Source of the DNA: Thermodesulfobacteriota bacterium
Lineage (GTDB): Bacteria > Desulfobacterota > Desulfobacteria > Desulfobacterales > C00003060
Assembly: GCA_034189385.1 (NCBI GenBank)
Contig: JAXHVD010000028.1
Span: 1-54,920, forward strand
Direction of reading: 5' to 3'
DNA length: 54,920 bases
The position numbers were made by a program, and so were the translations under genes. Of this stretch, positions 24,958 to 35,311 are shown one piece after another. Every line of letters begins with the position of its first letter. Positions within the stretch are counted from its first letter, which is position 1. The notes under the pieces were generated by a model, which was not told the DNA's origin, made no database searches, and worked only from the letters and a program-made list of their open reading frames with translations.

Positions 24958-25503
24958 TTACAAACTTGGTTCGATGAGGCCGAAGTTGCCGTCTTTTAAC
25001 CGATACAGAACGTTGACCTGCTGACTCTGAGAATTGGTAAAAACCAAGAAGTTGCCATTAATGAGCCGCATTTGGAGCACGGCTTCCTCCACATCCATGG
25101 GTTTGTATTCGATACTCCTGACCCTGGCAATTCCGGGCATCGCCTCTTCGCTTATCTCCCCTGATGTATCAGAGGACTGCTCGTAGGCGAAAGTCTTGGA
25201 TCTGGCAGCTTCTGAACGACGTTTCTTGAACTTCTTCTTGTTCTTCCTGATCTGCTTGTCGAGTTTATCCAGAGCCATGTCGATGGCCGAATACATGTCA
25301 GAGGTTTCCTCATGGGCATTGACCATGAATCCGTCTGCGCTGATACTGATTTCAGCGATATGCCGAAATTTCTCCACCGTCAAGACAACGTTGGCCCTGG
25401 CAGGATTATCAAGGAACTTGTCAAATCGATCGAGTTTTTCTGACGCATAGGCCTTTAGAGTATCTGATGGATCAAGGTTTATGAAGCTTATTGATTTTTG
25501 CAT
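24958..25503 (-). CDS. hpf: Ribosome hibernation promoting factor (long HPF)
   Basis: DMYSAID..DKL.KQIRK and C-terminal KPMDVEEAVLQM...NVLYR.KDGNFGLI. Confidence 0.93.
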   Translation of the reverse strand: MQKSISFINLDPSDTLKAYASEKLDRFDKFLDNPARANVVLTVEKFRHIAEISISADGFMVNAHEETSDMYSAIDMALDKLDKQIRKNKKKFKKRRSEAARSKTFAYEQSSDTSGEISEEAMPGIARVRSIEYKPMDVEEAVLQMRLINGNFLVFTNSQSQQVNVLYRLKDGNFGLIEPSL

Positions 25504-26957
25504 GTAGACGATCCTCCGTGTATTCTTTTTCGTTTGCTGGACGGCAACACCCCCAGCATCTCCCGATACTTTGCCACCGTTCTACGGGCCACATTGATGT
25601 TTGCCGCTTCTAGGATTTCAACCATCTCCCTGTCGCTATAAGGCTTGCTTAGGTCTTCACTTTGAATGATCTGACGAATCTTTTCCTTTACACTGGCCGA
25701 AGCAATGGCTTCTCCGTGAACGCGGCTAATGGAACTGTTAAAGAAGAACTTCAGTTCAAAGGTTCCTTGTGGGGTATGGACGTACTTGTTCGTGGTAACG
25801 CGACTCACTGTGGACTCGTGCATGCCAATGTCCTCAGCCACGTCCCTAAGGACCATTGGCTTCATCCGGGTAATTCCCTTTTCCAGAAAATCATGTTGAA
25901 ATCGAACAATGCTTTCCACCACCTTATAGATGGTTCTTTGACGCTGGTGAATGCTGCGGATCAACCAGACAGCAGATCTGAGTTTGTTCTGGATATAATC
26001 CTTGGTTTGGGCGCCAGCTGTCTTTGCCTTCTGAAGGGTATCCCTGTAAAAGGGGCTCACGCGTAACTTAGGCATCCCATCTTCGTTTAAGACGATGACA
26101 AACTCATTACCTATTTTATAGACAAAAACGTCAGGCGTGACATACTGAGGTTCTTCCTCACTGAACTCGCGACCGGGCTTCGGCTCCATTCCAACAATAA
26201 CATCTACGGCGGCTAGCACTTCATCCAAGGAAGCGTGCAAGGCTTGACAGATAGCCTTGTAATTCCTGTTCTCCAGGTGTTTGAACTGGCTCTGGATGAT
26301 TTGAGCCACCAGCGAGTTCTCCAGCCCAAGGCGTTTGCTCTGAATCATCAAACACTCTCTGATGTCTCTGGAACAAACCCCTAGGGGGTCAAAAGTCTGG
26401 AGCTTCTTGAGGACTTCTTCGACCTGTGAGGGGCTCACTCCGACCAGGCTGGCGATCTCATCCACAGTGGCCTGAAGATAGCCGTCAGCATTAAGATTGC
26501 CAATAACAGCACTGCCAACCCTCTCTTCAGTGTCATCGGGAAGGGACAAAAGAAGTTGCCACCTCAAATGGTCTGCCAAGGACTCTCGTCGGACCAGGAG
26601 GTTCTCATATTCCGGCGTCTCCCTTACCTCTGGCTCATAATGCACAGGTCCTGACGCATTATACTCGTCCAAATAGTTGGTCCAATCAATATCGTCCCGC
26701 GCTGTCTCCTTAATGGTGACAGGTTCCATCGATTCCTGTGCCTCTGCAGGCGCAGGCGCAGGCTCATCGACGGGCCTATCCTCAGGGGTCTGCTCGGGGG
26801 AGGTCTCCTCAAGTAATGGATTCTCCACCATCTCTTCATTGATCACGTCCAACAGTTCCAGTCTGGAAAGCTGTAATAGCTTGATGGCCTGCTGGAGCTG
26901 AGGCGTCATGACCAACTGTTGGGTCAGGCGCAGCTGTTGTCGGAGTTCTAGTGCCAT
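25488..26957 (-). CDS. rpoN: RNA polymerase sigma-54 factor
   Basis: MTPQLQQAIKLLQL, HESTVSR, RpoN box ARRTVAKYRE. Confidence 0.98.
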   Translation of the reverse strand: MALELRQQLRLTQQLVMTPQLQQAIKLLQLSRLELLDVINEEMVENPLLEETSPEQTPEDRPVDEPAPAPAEAQESMEPVTIKETARDDIDWTNYLDEYNASGPVHYEPEVRETPEYENLLVRRESLADHLRWQLLLSLPDDTEERVGSAVIGNLNADGYLQATVDEIASLVGVSPSQVEEVLKKLQTFDPLGVCSRDIRECLMIQSKRLGLENSLVAQIIQSQFKHLENRNYKAICQALHASLDEVLAAVDVIVGMEPKPGREFSEEEPQYVTPDVFVYKIGNEFVIVLNEDGMPKLRVSPFYRDTLQKAKTAGAQTKDYIQNKLRSAVWLIRSIHQRQRTIYKVVESIVRFQHDFLEKGITRMKPMVLRDVAEDIGMHESTVSRVTTNKYVHTPQGTFELKFFFNSSISRVHGEAIASASVKEKIRQIIQSEDLSKPYSDREMVEILEAANINVARRTVAKYREMLGVLPSSKRKRIHGGSSTCKNQ

Positions 26958-26966
26958 GTTAAGTCG

Positions 26967-27698
26967 TCATAGTTGAAAACGTTCACCCAAATAGATTTCC
27001 CGGGCCACTTTGCTGGAAGCAATGACCTCAGGAGGCCCAGATTCAAGCAATGCTCCGTCGCTTAGGATATAGGCGGAGTCACAAACGCCCAACGTCTCTC
27101 GCACATTGTGGTCTGATATGACCACACCGATCCCTCGCGCTTTGAGCTGTTCTATGATCTTCTGTATATCAATGACGGCAATGGGGTCAATCCCGGCAAA
27201 GGGTTCGTCAAGAAGGATGAATAAGGGCGCTCTTACCAGGGCCCGCGTAATCTCTACACGGCGGCGCTCCCCTCCTGACAAGGCATAGGCCTTCTGTGTG
27301 GCCAGGTGCGCAATATTCAACTCCTCGAGGAGCTTTCTTAGACGCGCGTCCCGTTCTGATCTGGAAATGGCAAGGGTCTCCAGAATGGCCAAGATGTTCT
27401 CTTCCACCGTAAGCTTTCTAAAGACGGAAGCCTCTTGTGGAAGATACCCCACCCCCTTGCGCGCCCGAACGTACATGGGCAAAGAGGTGATGTCCTCTCC
27501 GTTAAGGATGACGCGTCCACTTTCAGGAGGGATAAGTCCTGTGATCATGTAGAAAGTCGTCGTTTTACCCGCCCCGTTTGGACCGAGAAGCCCCACCACA
27601 CTTCCACTGTCTACCTCCAGACGGACACCGTCAACGACACGTCTGCCGTTGTAGATCTTGACTAAGTCTTCTGCAATCAACGTAGCCACTTGTCCCAA
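26967..27698 (-). CDS. lptB: LPS export ABC ATPase LptB
   Basis: GPNGAGKTT, YLPQEASVFRKL, LSGGERRRVEI, DEPFAGIDP. Confidence 0.97.
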   Translation of the reverse strand: MGQVATLIAEDLVKIYNGRRVVDGVRLEVDSGSVVGLLGPNGAGKTTTFYMITGLIPPESGRVILNGEDITSLPMYVRARKGVGYLPQEASVFRKLTVEENILAILETLAISRSERDARLRKLLEELNIAHLATQKAYALSGGERRRVEITRALVRAPLFILLDEPFAGIDPIAVIDIQKIIEQLKARGIGVVISDHNVRETLGVCDSAYILSDGALLESGPPEVIASSKVAREIYLGERFQL

Positions 27699-27733
27699 TC
27701 CCGATACATCCTCCCGATCTGCAAAGCGGCCAC

Positions 27734-28339
27734 CTACTCTGCCAACCCCTTTTCACCTTCGGCAAAAAAAGTGGCATCCACTGGTGTGCCTTCTCCGCCC
27801 TCCACCAATGTCCGATCTTCAGCCAGAAAGAGGGTGATCTTTTCTCCTCGGATGACGTTGTCCCCTGACCACACCGTTGGCCCGCCACCACTTAAAACCA
27901 GGACCTTTGGATCTGCAGTGTAGATAGCCTTTTCTGCCACTGCTGTTTTGGACTTACCGCCCAGGACAATCTTCACGTTCCCTTCAGAAATGATCTTTTC
28001 CACTGTGGTGGCCATCCCTGACCGACGGCCATGGGATTTGTAAAAAACCTTGATCCGATCAGCCGTAATGACCCCATTCTCTTGGGTAGCCCTCACGTTG
28101 CCAGTGAACTCAAGCCACTTCATTTGGTGGTCCGACTCAACGGCGTCCGATGTAATCCGTATGGATGAGCCAAGGTCCCCTTGTTGCCCCGCCCCTTTTC
28201 CAGGAAGCTCCGATAGCGCAGGGCTTCTGCCCCCCCACGCCAAGAGCAAGCACATGGCCAAAAGCGCCACCTTCACGAGGCCCTTTGTGTCATATCCTCC
28301 ATACTCCTGCATCTTACAACCCCACCAGTGCTTTCTCAC
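27734..28339 (-). CDS. lptA: LPS transport periplasmic protein LptA
   Basis: Signal peptide; ITSD..., FTGNVRATQ, A.KAIY, GEKI; located between lptC and lptB. True start probably ~28312. Confidence 0.85.
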   Translation of the reverse strand: MRKHWWGCKMQEYGGYDTKGLVKVALLAMCLLLAWGGRSPALSELPGKGAGQQGDLGSSIRITSDAVESDHQMKWLEFTGNVRATQENGVITADRIKVFYKSHGRRSGMATTVEKIISEGNVKIVLGGKSKTAVAEKAIYTADPKVLVLSGGGPTVWSGDNVIRGEKITLFLAEDRTLVEGGEGTPVDATFFAEGEKGLAE

Positions 28340-28956
28340 AACAGCCTCACGTCCTTGAGCACGGCCTCCACATCATCCTTGATGATGGCTCTTTCTGTGT
28401 GGAGGGAAAAGACCAAGCCCTTTCCTGTAAGGTCAACCCCCCGGCCTTTCATCACGACTCGTCCATCTGTAGAAATGGATCGGTTCTGGTGGTCATAGTG
28501 CAGCCTCTCCGTCTTCAACTCATAAGGGCCGCTTCGCACGACCACACCGCCAGAAACCTCTAAATCCTTGGACTCCGTCAGAAGTGTGCCGTCACGGCTG
28601 GTGAGATGAATCGTCTTGCTATCTCTGAGAAAAAACGTGGCAGAAATATGTTTTAGGACCGTTTTGTTCTCCGTCCTTTGATACTGTGCAGACTCAGCGT
28701 CCAATATCCACTCCTTGATCCCGTCTCTGGATGCAATATGGTGAATGTGATTGAGGCTTATGTCCCCTCCTTGGTCTTTGGGCAAGCTCTTCACCATGGT
28801 CTCCGGCTCTTGCCTGAAACCGTAGTAAGCGGCCCAGGTGCCCCCAAGCACGACAAGCATAAGGCCAATGAGGCCATAGCGGCTAGCACCTATCCTTAAT
28901 AGACATCCTATAACAGCACCATCTTTTCTGCAAACCCTATGATGACGACAGGGCAC
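28336..28956 (-). CDS. lptC: LPS export protein LptC
   Basis: N-terminal TM, EWILDAESA, LKTERLHYD; synteny. True start probably downstream of 28956. Confidence 0.85.
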   Translation of the reverse strand: MPCRHHRVCRKDGAVIGCLLRIGASRYGLIGLMLVVLGGTWAAYYGFRQEPETMVKSLPKDQGGDISLNHIHHIASRDGIKEWILDAESAQYQRTENKTVLKHISATFFLRDSKTIHLTSRDGTLLTESKDLEVSGGVVVRSGPYELKTERLHYDHQNRSISTDGRVVMKGRGVDLTGKGLVFSLHTERAIIKDDVEAVLKDVRLL

Positions 28957-29761
28957 TTCTTATGATCTTTAGCTGTTTCAGAAAGGCTCCCAACCCTTTC
29001 AAGGGCAGCGAGTTGGGGCCATCACAGAGGGCCCGATCTGGGTCCTTGTAGACCTCTATGAAAATGCCATCCACGCCCGCGGCAGTTGCCGCCTTGGCCA
29101 TCATGGGCACAAACTGCCGCTGCCCTCCAGAGCTTTTTCCTGCACCTCCCGGAAGCTGGACGCTGTGTGTGGCGTCGAATACCACAGGCCAACCCAGATC
29201 CTGCATCACAGCTAGGCTGCGAAAGTCAACGACCAGATTATTGTAACCAAAAGTTGTTCCTCGCTCGGTCATGATCACTTGGCGATTACCCGTGGACAAC
29301 ACCTTTTCTATGACGTGCGCTACATCCCATGGGGCCAGAAATTGCCCCTTCTTGACATTGATCGGCCTTCCTGTTTCCGAAGCTGCCACAATGAAATCTG
29401 TCTGTCGGCACAAAAAAGCAGGTATCTGAAGGACATCCAGTACTTGGGCTGCAGGACCAATCTCACTGAAGCGATGCACGTCGGAAAGGACGGGGACACC
29501 GATCTTGTCCTTAATAGCCGAGATGATGTCCAATCCTTTGGAAAGCCCTGGCCCCCGGTAGGAGCTCAATGAGGTTCGATTGGCCTTGTCGTATGAGGTC
29601 TTAAATATGAAAGGGATCTCCAGTTCGTCTGTAAGGTCCTTGAGGAAAGCGGCCACCTCCATGGCCGATTCACGAGTCTCAATAACGCATGGGCCAGCAA
29701 TCAAGAAGAGTTCCTCTCCAGCCCCGATGGTTATTCCTGCGACGTTCACCTTGTGTTGCAT
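28937..29761 (-). CDS. kdsA: KDO-8-phosphate synthase
   Basis: IAGPCVIE, SYDKANRTS, QIPAFLCRQTD, KKGQFLAP, DATHSVQ. Confidence 0.97.
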   Translation of the reverse strand: MQHKVNVAGITIGAGEELFLIAGPCVIETRESAMEVAAFLKDLTDELEIPFIFKTSYDKANRTSLSSYRGPGLSKGLDIISAIKDKIGVPVLSDVHRFSEIGPAAQVLDVLQIPAFLCRQTDFIVAASETGRPINVKKGQFLAPWDVAHVIEKVLSTGNRQVIMTERGTTFGYNNLVVDFRSLAVMQDLGWPVVFDATHSVQLPGGAGKSSGGQRQFVPMMAKAATAAGVDGIFIEVYKDPDRALCDGPNSLPLKGLGAFLKQLKIIRSALSSS

Positions 29762-29829
29762 GCCATATCTGTGCCAACAAGCGCGGTTATTAACAAACAA
29801 GTGCCCCGAAATAGACGGAGATAACCATT

Positions 29830-29858
29830 TTTTTAGCGTACAGAGCCCTAAATGTCAA
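29830..29858 (-). promoter_or_regulatory. Candidate sigma70 promoter of the kdsA operon
   Basis: TTGACA, 17 bp, TAAAAA on the minus strand. A divergent TTGACA at ~29891 faces the YqgE gene. Confidence 0.5.
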
Positions 29859-29985
29859 GCATGACCGAACCACCCCAGACCTAAGGCATCTTGACATCAG
29901 GGTGTGGCTGAATTAGTAGTGTCTATGGTGTTAGAGGGCATCCCTTGGGCCCTCGCATTTGTTAGAAGGGACTGCGGGAGGATCT

Positions 29986-30561
29986 ATGACCCAGGAGTTG
30001 GAGTTTCAGGAATCCCTTAAAGGGCACTTCCTTATTGCCATGCCCAGCTTGGCTGATCCGAATTTTAGCCAAACAGTCACCTATCTATGCGAACACACCT
30101 CAGAAGGAGCCGTAGGTCTTGTCATTAATCGGGTCCATACTGAATTGACCCTGGGAGCGGTCTTCAGGGAATTGGACCTGGAGTCTCCGCCCGAAACCGA
30201 TACCCTCCCCCTTAATCTGGGTGGTCCTGTGCATGTGGGACAGATTTTTGTCCTCCATGGCCCTCCTTTTGGCTGGGAGGGGTGCCGCCCCGTTACCCCT
30301 TCTATTGCCTTGAGCAATTCGCGGGATCTTCTGGAGATTCTGGCCAAAGGACAAGGGCCCAAATCCTTTATTCTCACGCTGGGTTGTGCAGGCTGGGGGC
30401 CGGGCCAGTTGGAGGCAGAGATCATGGCCAATACCTGGCTGACGTGCCAGGCCAGCGAAACCGTTCTCTTCGACATCCCCGTTCAGGACCGGTGGGAGCA
30501 GGCGGCCAGGCTCATGGGGATCGACCCGGCCCAGCTCACAGACACAGTGGGACGTGCCTAA
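29986..30561 (+). CDS. YqgE/AlgH family protein
   Basis: FLIAMPSLADPNFSQTVTYLCEH, GGPV, GWGPGQLEAEI. Confidence 0.93.
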   Translation: MTQELEFQESLKGHFLIAMPSLADPNFSQTVTYLCEHTSEGAVGLVINRVHTELTLGAVFRELDLESPPETDTLPLNLGGPVHVGQIFVLHGPPFGWEGCRPVTPSIALSNSRDLLEILAKGQGPKSFILTLGCAGWGPGQLEAEIMANTWLTCQASETVLFDIPVQDRWEQAARLMGIDPAQLTDTVGRA

Positions 30562-30757
30562 GGGGCTTGCCTCCATCCATGGAGCTGTTCACCGCCTTGC
30601 CGATTTTCCCCATCTCTTTTGCCCCTAAACTGTTTCCCGGACAGCCCTGAATGTTGGGCCTGAGGGCTTCGTCCCATGGTTGTGGGCGCGTCTCCTGTCT
30701 CGCTGTTTGCAAGATCATCAAATCTGAAATTGTAGAAGACACGAGGGGTCATCAGAC

Positions 30758-31975
30758 ATGTTTAGACAGATAACCCTCCTAGCCGTCGTTGCCTTGATCT
30801 TGCCTTTTTGGTCGTGGCCGCCTTTGGTGGCATGGGCCGGCCATAAAGCTTCTTTGTTAGAGGGCCTTTCGGCAAACGATGTGCTCTTGGTCGCCCACCC
30901 CGATGGCCGGATCGTCTATAACAAGAATGCATCCAAGAAATACGCTCCTGCCTCCACCTTGAAACTCCTCACCTCCCTGGCGGCTATACATCACCTGGGA
31001 CTGGACTATCGATTCCAGACCGAGTTTTATGAAGACGGTGCCCATAACGTGACGATCAAGGGCTATGGAGACCCCCTCCTTATCTCGGAAGTATGGCAAG
31101 AGATTGCCCACAGGCTTGCCCCTCGCCTCAAGGGGTGTAAGGATCTGATTCTCGATGACTCGCATTTCGAACGTGGGATCCGTATCCCGGGGGTGAATCG
31201 TTCTACGAACCCCTATGATGCCCCTGTTGGGGCCCTTTGTGCCAATTTCAACACGGTCTTCTTGGAGCAGGACGCCACTGGAAAGATAGTCTCGGCTGAA
31301 CCCCAAACCCCCATTACCCCCCTGGTCCGCAGGCATCAGGGCCTCCAGGAAGAGGGGAAGGGTCGTTATGCTTTTACCCACCGCAGTGAGGAAGGGGCCC
31401 TCTATGCCGGGGAGCTCTTTGTCCACTTCATGGGGAAAAACGGCACTCATTGTCAGGGCAACATACGCTTGGGGGCCATAGGCCCTGGAGACCGCCTACT
31501 CTACACATACAAATCTCTATTCCCGTTGGAGGAAGGCCTCCGCAGGATGCTAAAGTTTTCCAACAACTTCATGGCTAATCAGATACTGATTGCCCTGGGC
31601 GCCCACGTTTACGGCCCCCCTGGCACGCTGGACAAGGGGACCCAGGTCCTGAATGGGTTTGCAGAAAAGGTGCTCTGCTTGCATCACATCTCACTTGTGG
31701 AAGGATCTGGCATCTCGAGGAAAAACCGCCTATCAGCCATGGACATGCTGGCAGTGCTAGAGGCCTTTGCCCCTTATCGGTCCCTTCTGAGCCACAGAGG
31801 CCACGTATGGCATAAAGGAGGCACACTAAAGGGTTTAAGAACGGGCGCCGGTTTTGTGGAATGTGAAAAGGGTAAATCCTACGCCTTTGTTGTCTATATG
31901 GAGGGCCGTGATCGGGACATAGAGACCTTCATCGATGATCTGGCAGATGACCTGGATAAGTGTATGAATAAATAA
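30758..31975 (+). CDS. dacB: D-Ala-D-Ala carboxypeptidase/endopeptidase (peptidase S13, PBP4)
   Basis: PASTLK (SxxK), GYGDP, SNN, GSGISR; KGGTL in place of KTGTL. Confidence 0.88.
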   Translation: MFRQITLLAVVALILPFWSWPPLVAWAGHKASLLEGLSANDVLLVAHPDGRIVYNKNASKKYAPASTLKLLTSLAAIHHLGLDYRFQTEFYEDGAHNVTIKGYGDPLLISEVWQEIAHRLAPRLKGCKDLILDDSHFERGIRIPGVNRSTNPYDAPVGALCANFNTVFLEQDATGKIVSAEPQTPITPLVRRHQGLQEEGKGRYAFTHRSEEGALYAGELFVHFMGKNGTHCQGNIRLGAIGPGDRLLYTYKSLFPLEEGLRRMLKFSNNFMANQILIALGAHVYGPPGTLDKGTQVLNGFAEKVLCLHHISLVEGSGISRKNRLSAMDMLAVLEAFAPYRSLLSHRGHVWHKGGTLKGLRTGAGFVECEKGKSYAFVVYMEGRDRDIETFIDDLADDLDKCMNK

Positions 31976-32083
31976 TATATTTCTGTAGATCTGGGCCAGC
32001 CTTGTGAAATCTCCCCAAAAAAGGTATAGGAGAGTCCGTGCATAGGTGGCCGCAGGGGGGCCTGGCTCTGCTCGAGTTGGTTT

Positions 32084-32286
32084 TTAACGGGCTGTCGCCC
32101 AAACCGAAACTCCTTTGAGCAGGCATTAAAGCGTTTTTTGCTAATACATCTTGGCGAAGTGTAAGACGAGCGATGTCAACTGTTTGAGCCCGCAGGGCGA
32201 GTTTTGGCATCGCCTGGAACGAGCCCTAGATGTGTCAAAAAGCGTTTTAGCCCAAGCGAAAAGGTATTTGGGCAACAGCCCGTTAA
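32084..32286. mobile_element. MITE-like ~200-bp element with 20-bp terminal inverted repeats
   Basis: TTAACGGGCTGTCGCCCAAA (32084-32103) and TTTGGGCAACAGCCCGTTAA (32267-32286) are 19/20 complementary. Internal inverted segments are also present (AAAGCGTTTTTTG / CAAAAAGCGTTTT; CGATGTCAA / TTGGCATCG). Confidence 0.75.
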
Positions 32287-32343
32287 GAAACGATCTTCGG
32301 GCCTTAACAAGGTTGTCCCAAGCTCATTAGTGGCGTTACTGCT

Positions 32344-33117
32344 GTGGAAGACAATATCCTTAAAATAGGCAATGTGACAAAAAATTTCGGGGGGTTGACT
32401 GCCCTTGCACATGTCTCTTTTTCAGTGAAAAAGGGCCACATCAAGGCATTGATTGGCCCAAATGGTGCGGGCAAGACAACGCTGTACAATATTGTCACCG
32501 GTATACATCCCATCACCGATGGGGCTGTCTGGTTCCTTGGCGAAAGGATTGACGGTTTGAAGCCCCACGTCATCGCCAGAAAAGGGATTGCACGCACCTT
32601 TCAGAATGTGGAGCTCTTTGAGAACATGTCTGTCATCGAGAATGTGATGATGGGTCGCCATGTGAGGACGAAAACAGGCGTTTTTGGAGGGGCCTTAAGG
32701 GTGCAGGCCGCTCGCCAAGAAGAGCTGGCCATCCTGGATCGATCAATGGAGCTCCTTGACTTTGTCGGTCTGAAGGATCGGGCCGGTGAAGACGCCTCTG
32801 GGCTTCCTTTTGGGCTTCAACGCTATTTGGAGATTGCCAGGGCCCTTGCCACGGACCCAGAACTGCTCTTACTGGATGAACCTGCTTCTGGCCTTGACCC
32901 CACGGAAAGTCAATCCTTGTGCGGACTTATCTCGAAGATAAAGGAGAGAAATGTAACGGTTCTGCTGGTGGAACACAATATGGAAGTGGCCATGGAGATC
33001 TCCGATGATATTGTCGTTCTCAACCATGGAATGAAGATCGCAGAAGGGACCCCGCGGCAGATTCAGAATCACCCGGAGGTGATATCAGCCTACTTGGGGG
33101 ACGAAGCCTATGCTTAA
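32344..33117 (+). CDS. Branched-chain amino acid-type ABC ATPase (LivG-like)
   Basis: FGGLTAL, GPNGAGKTT, RTFQN, DEPASG, V..AYLG. Confidence 0.92.
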   Translation: MEDNILKIGNVTKNFGGLTALAHVSFSVKKGHIKALIGPNGAGKTTLYNIVTGIHPITDGAVWFLGERIDGLKPHVIARKGIARTFQNVELFENMSVIENVMMGRHVRTKTGVFGGALRVQAARQEELAILDRSMELLDFVGLKDRAGEDASGLPFGLQRYLEIARALATDPELLLLDEPASGLDPTESQSLCGLISKIKERNVTVLLVEHNMEVAMEISDDIVVLNHGMKIAEGTPRQIQNHPEVISAYLGDEAYA

Positions 33118-33859
33118 GATTAAGAATCTTCACGCCTACTACGGGCGGATCAAAGCCCTTGACAATGTCTCCCTCCATGTTCGAGCCGGTGAGATTGTCT
33201 GCCTGATTGGTGCCAACGGGGCGGGAAAGACCACCATCTTGAACACGATTTCCGGGCTCATTCCCCGTGCACAGGGCGATATCTTTCTGAAAGAGATCAA
33301 CATCAATGGCCTTCCCCCCGAGAAGGTGGTCGCCGCAGGCATCAGTCAGGTACCTGAAGGGCGGCAGATCTTCGGTCCCTTGACGGTCCTTGAGAATCTG
33401 GAGCTGGGAGCCTATCTGCGCTTTAAGAAGAAGGAAAAGGAGCCGATTAAAAAGGATTTGGAGTGGGTCTTTGAGCTTTTTCCCAGACTCCAAGAGCGCA
33501 TGAAGCAGATTGCAGGCACCCTGTCCGGCGGTGAACAGCAAATGCTCGCTATAGGGCGGGCCCTGATGGCGCGACCAAAGCTTCTGCTATTGGACGAACC
33601 ATCCATGGGTCTTGCCCCCCTCGTCGTCAAGGATATCATGAATACCGTATCTGCACTCCGTGACAGCGGCGTCACCATTCTCATGGTGGAACAAAATGCC
33701 CGTGCCTCTCTTAAGATTTCGGACCGGGGCTACGTGTTGGAAACGGGCAGGATTGTCCTTCAGGGAAACTCAGAAGACCTTCTGAATGACAACGATGTCA
33801 AGCGGGCCTATCTTGGGAAGGATTACAAGACATTCTGGGAGGGGAGGGATCTAGCTTGA
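33110..33859 (+). CDS. ABC ATPase (LivF-like)
   Basis: GANGAGKTT, VPEGRQIF, LSGGEQQMLAIGRALM. Confidence 0.92.
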   Translation: MLKIKNLHAYYGRIKALDNVSLHVRAGEIVCLIGANGAGKTTILNTISGLIPRAQGDIFLKEININGLPPEKVVAAGISQVPEGRQIFGPLTVLENLELGAYLRFKKKEKEPIKKDLEWVFELFPRLQERMKQIAGTLSGGEQQMLAIGRALMARPKLLLLDEPSMGLAPLVVKDIMNTVSALRDSGVTILMVEQNARASLKISDRGYVLETGRIVLQGNSEDLLNDNDVKRAYLGKDYKTFWEGRDLA

Positions 33860-35154
33860 GGTTCTGGAATGGTGACAATGAGCAAATGGACAGAGCTGAT
33901 CTGGAACAGCTTCAGCTCGAACGGCTCCAGAGTACACTGAATAGGGCATACAAGAACGTTCCGTTTTACAGAGAGCAGTTTGATTCCCTAGGGTTACATC
34001 CCAGCGTCATCGCCTCCGTTGAGGATATTGCCAGACTCCCTTTTACGACCCGGGTAGATTTGGGCGACAACTACCCCTATGGTCTCTTTGCAGTGCCCCT
34101 TCGTGACATTGTTAGAATCAGCTCTTCGGCCGGGACGACTGTCAAACCGGTGGTAGTGGGTTATACCAAGAGTGATCTTAAGGCGAGGTACACACTGACG
34201 GCCAGGTTCCTGACAGCAGGGGGTGTCGTGGATACGGATGTGGTTCAGATCTGTCTGAATCCCGGCTTGTCGAATTGGGGCCGCGCGTTAAAGGAGGGGG
34301 CAGAGAATATTGGTGCTTCGGTCATGCCTATGTCGCACATGAGCACCTGGAAACAGCTCATGGCCATGCAAGACTACAGGACCTCGGTGCTGCTCACGAC
34401 CCCTTCCTATGCCATGCACATATTGGAAGCCATGAAGTCCATGGACATGGAGTCCCACAGCCTGGCCCTTAAGGCGATCCTTGTGGTGGGAGAAGTCTTG
34501 ACAGAGGACAGCCGTCGCGTGTTGGAGTCGGCCTTCCATATTGACGTCACCGCCGGATATGGACCAAGCGACGTGATGGGCCCTGGCATTGCCTTTGAGT
34601 GTCAAGAGAAGAAGGGGCTCCACGTCAGCGAAGACCATTTCGTGGTGGAGATTGTTCGGCCCGAGAATGGAGAGCCGCTCCCACCAGGTGAAATAGGAGA
34701 GGTGGTGTTGACCACGCTTACGGCCAGGGCCTTTCCCCTGATTCGCTTCCGTACGGGAGACCTCGCTTGTGCCATGGAGGAGAGCTGCCCCTGCGGTCGG
34801 AGCCTTGCCAGAATGTCTCAAATCACAGGGCGCACAGGAGAGGTCCTCACCATTCGCGGGGTGAAGGTACACCCTGTCCAGATTGAACGCATCCTAAAGG
34901 GGGCAAGGGAGGATACGTCTCCCCGTTTCTTGCTCCACCTTTACAAGGAGAACTATCTGGACATGGTTGAAATATGGCTTCAGATGGAGGACAATATCTT
35001 TTCAGATGAAGTAAAAGTGGTTGAGAATACCCTGCGAGGGTTGCGGCAACGGATTTTTCAGACACTTGGCCTTGACGTCACCATCAAACTCATGGAGGCA
35101 TCCACGTTGGACCAATATGCCGTGCCCACAGGGGGCGTCATAGATGATCGATGA
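33856..35154 (+). CDS. Phenylacetate-CoA ligase family protein (divergent)
   Basis: YPYGLFAVP, SSSAGTTVKP, YGPSDVMGPG, EDHF, RFRTGD. Confidence 0.88.
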   Translation: MRFWNGDNEQMDRADLEQLQLERLQSTLNRAYKNVPFYREQFDSLGLHPSVIASVEDIARLPFTTRVDLGDNYPYGLFAVPLRDIVRISSSAGTTVKPVVVGYTKSDLKARYTLTARFLTAGGVVDTDVVQICLNPGLSNWGRALKEGAENIGASVMPMSHMSTWKQLMAMQDYRTSVLLTTPSYAMHILEAMKSMDMESHSLALKAILVVGEVLTEDSRRVLESAFHIDVTAGYGPSDVMGPGIAFECQEKKGLHVSEDHFVVEIVRPENGEPLPPGEIGEVVLTTLTARAFPLIRFRTGDLACAMEESCPCGRSLARMSQITGRTGEVLTIRGVKVHPVQIERILKGAREDTSPRFLLHLYKENYLDMVEIWLQMEDNIFSDEVKVVENTLRGLRQRIFQTLGLDVTIKLMEASTLDQYAVPTGGVIDDR

Positions 35155-35311
35155 GATGCTTTCACGGGCTTTGATGAGCTGTTTGATGAATGGGCTTGAA
35201 AAGCTCGGGGCGGGTTTTCTGCCCTGTGGCTTTTCCAGGCCACGGGGTGACGCCAGGGAATCTGGTCAGAGAAAGGGTTCCCTTCGCCTGGGGCCATAAA
35301 CGAGTAGCCAT

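Noticed and set aside
22894..29761. No kdsC/kdsD or HPr in the kdsA-lpt-rpoN-PTS cluster
   Set aside because: Gene order in this cluster commonly varies; the genes are probably elsewhere in the genome.
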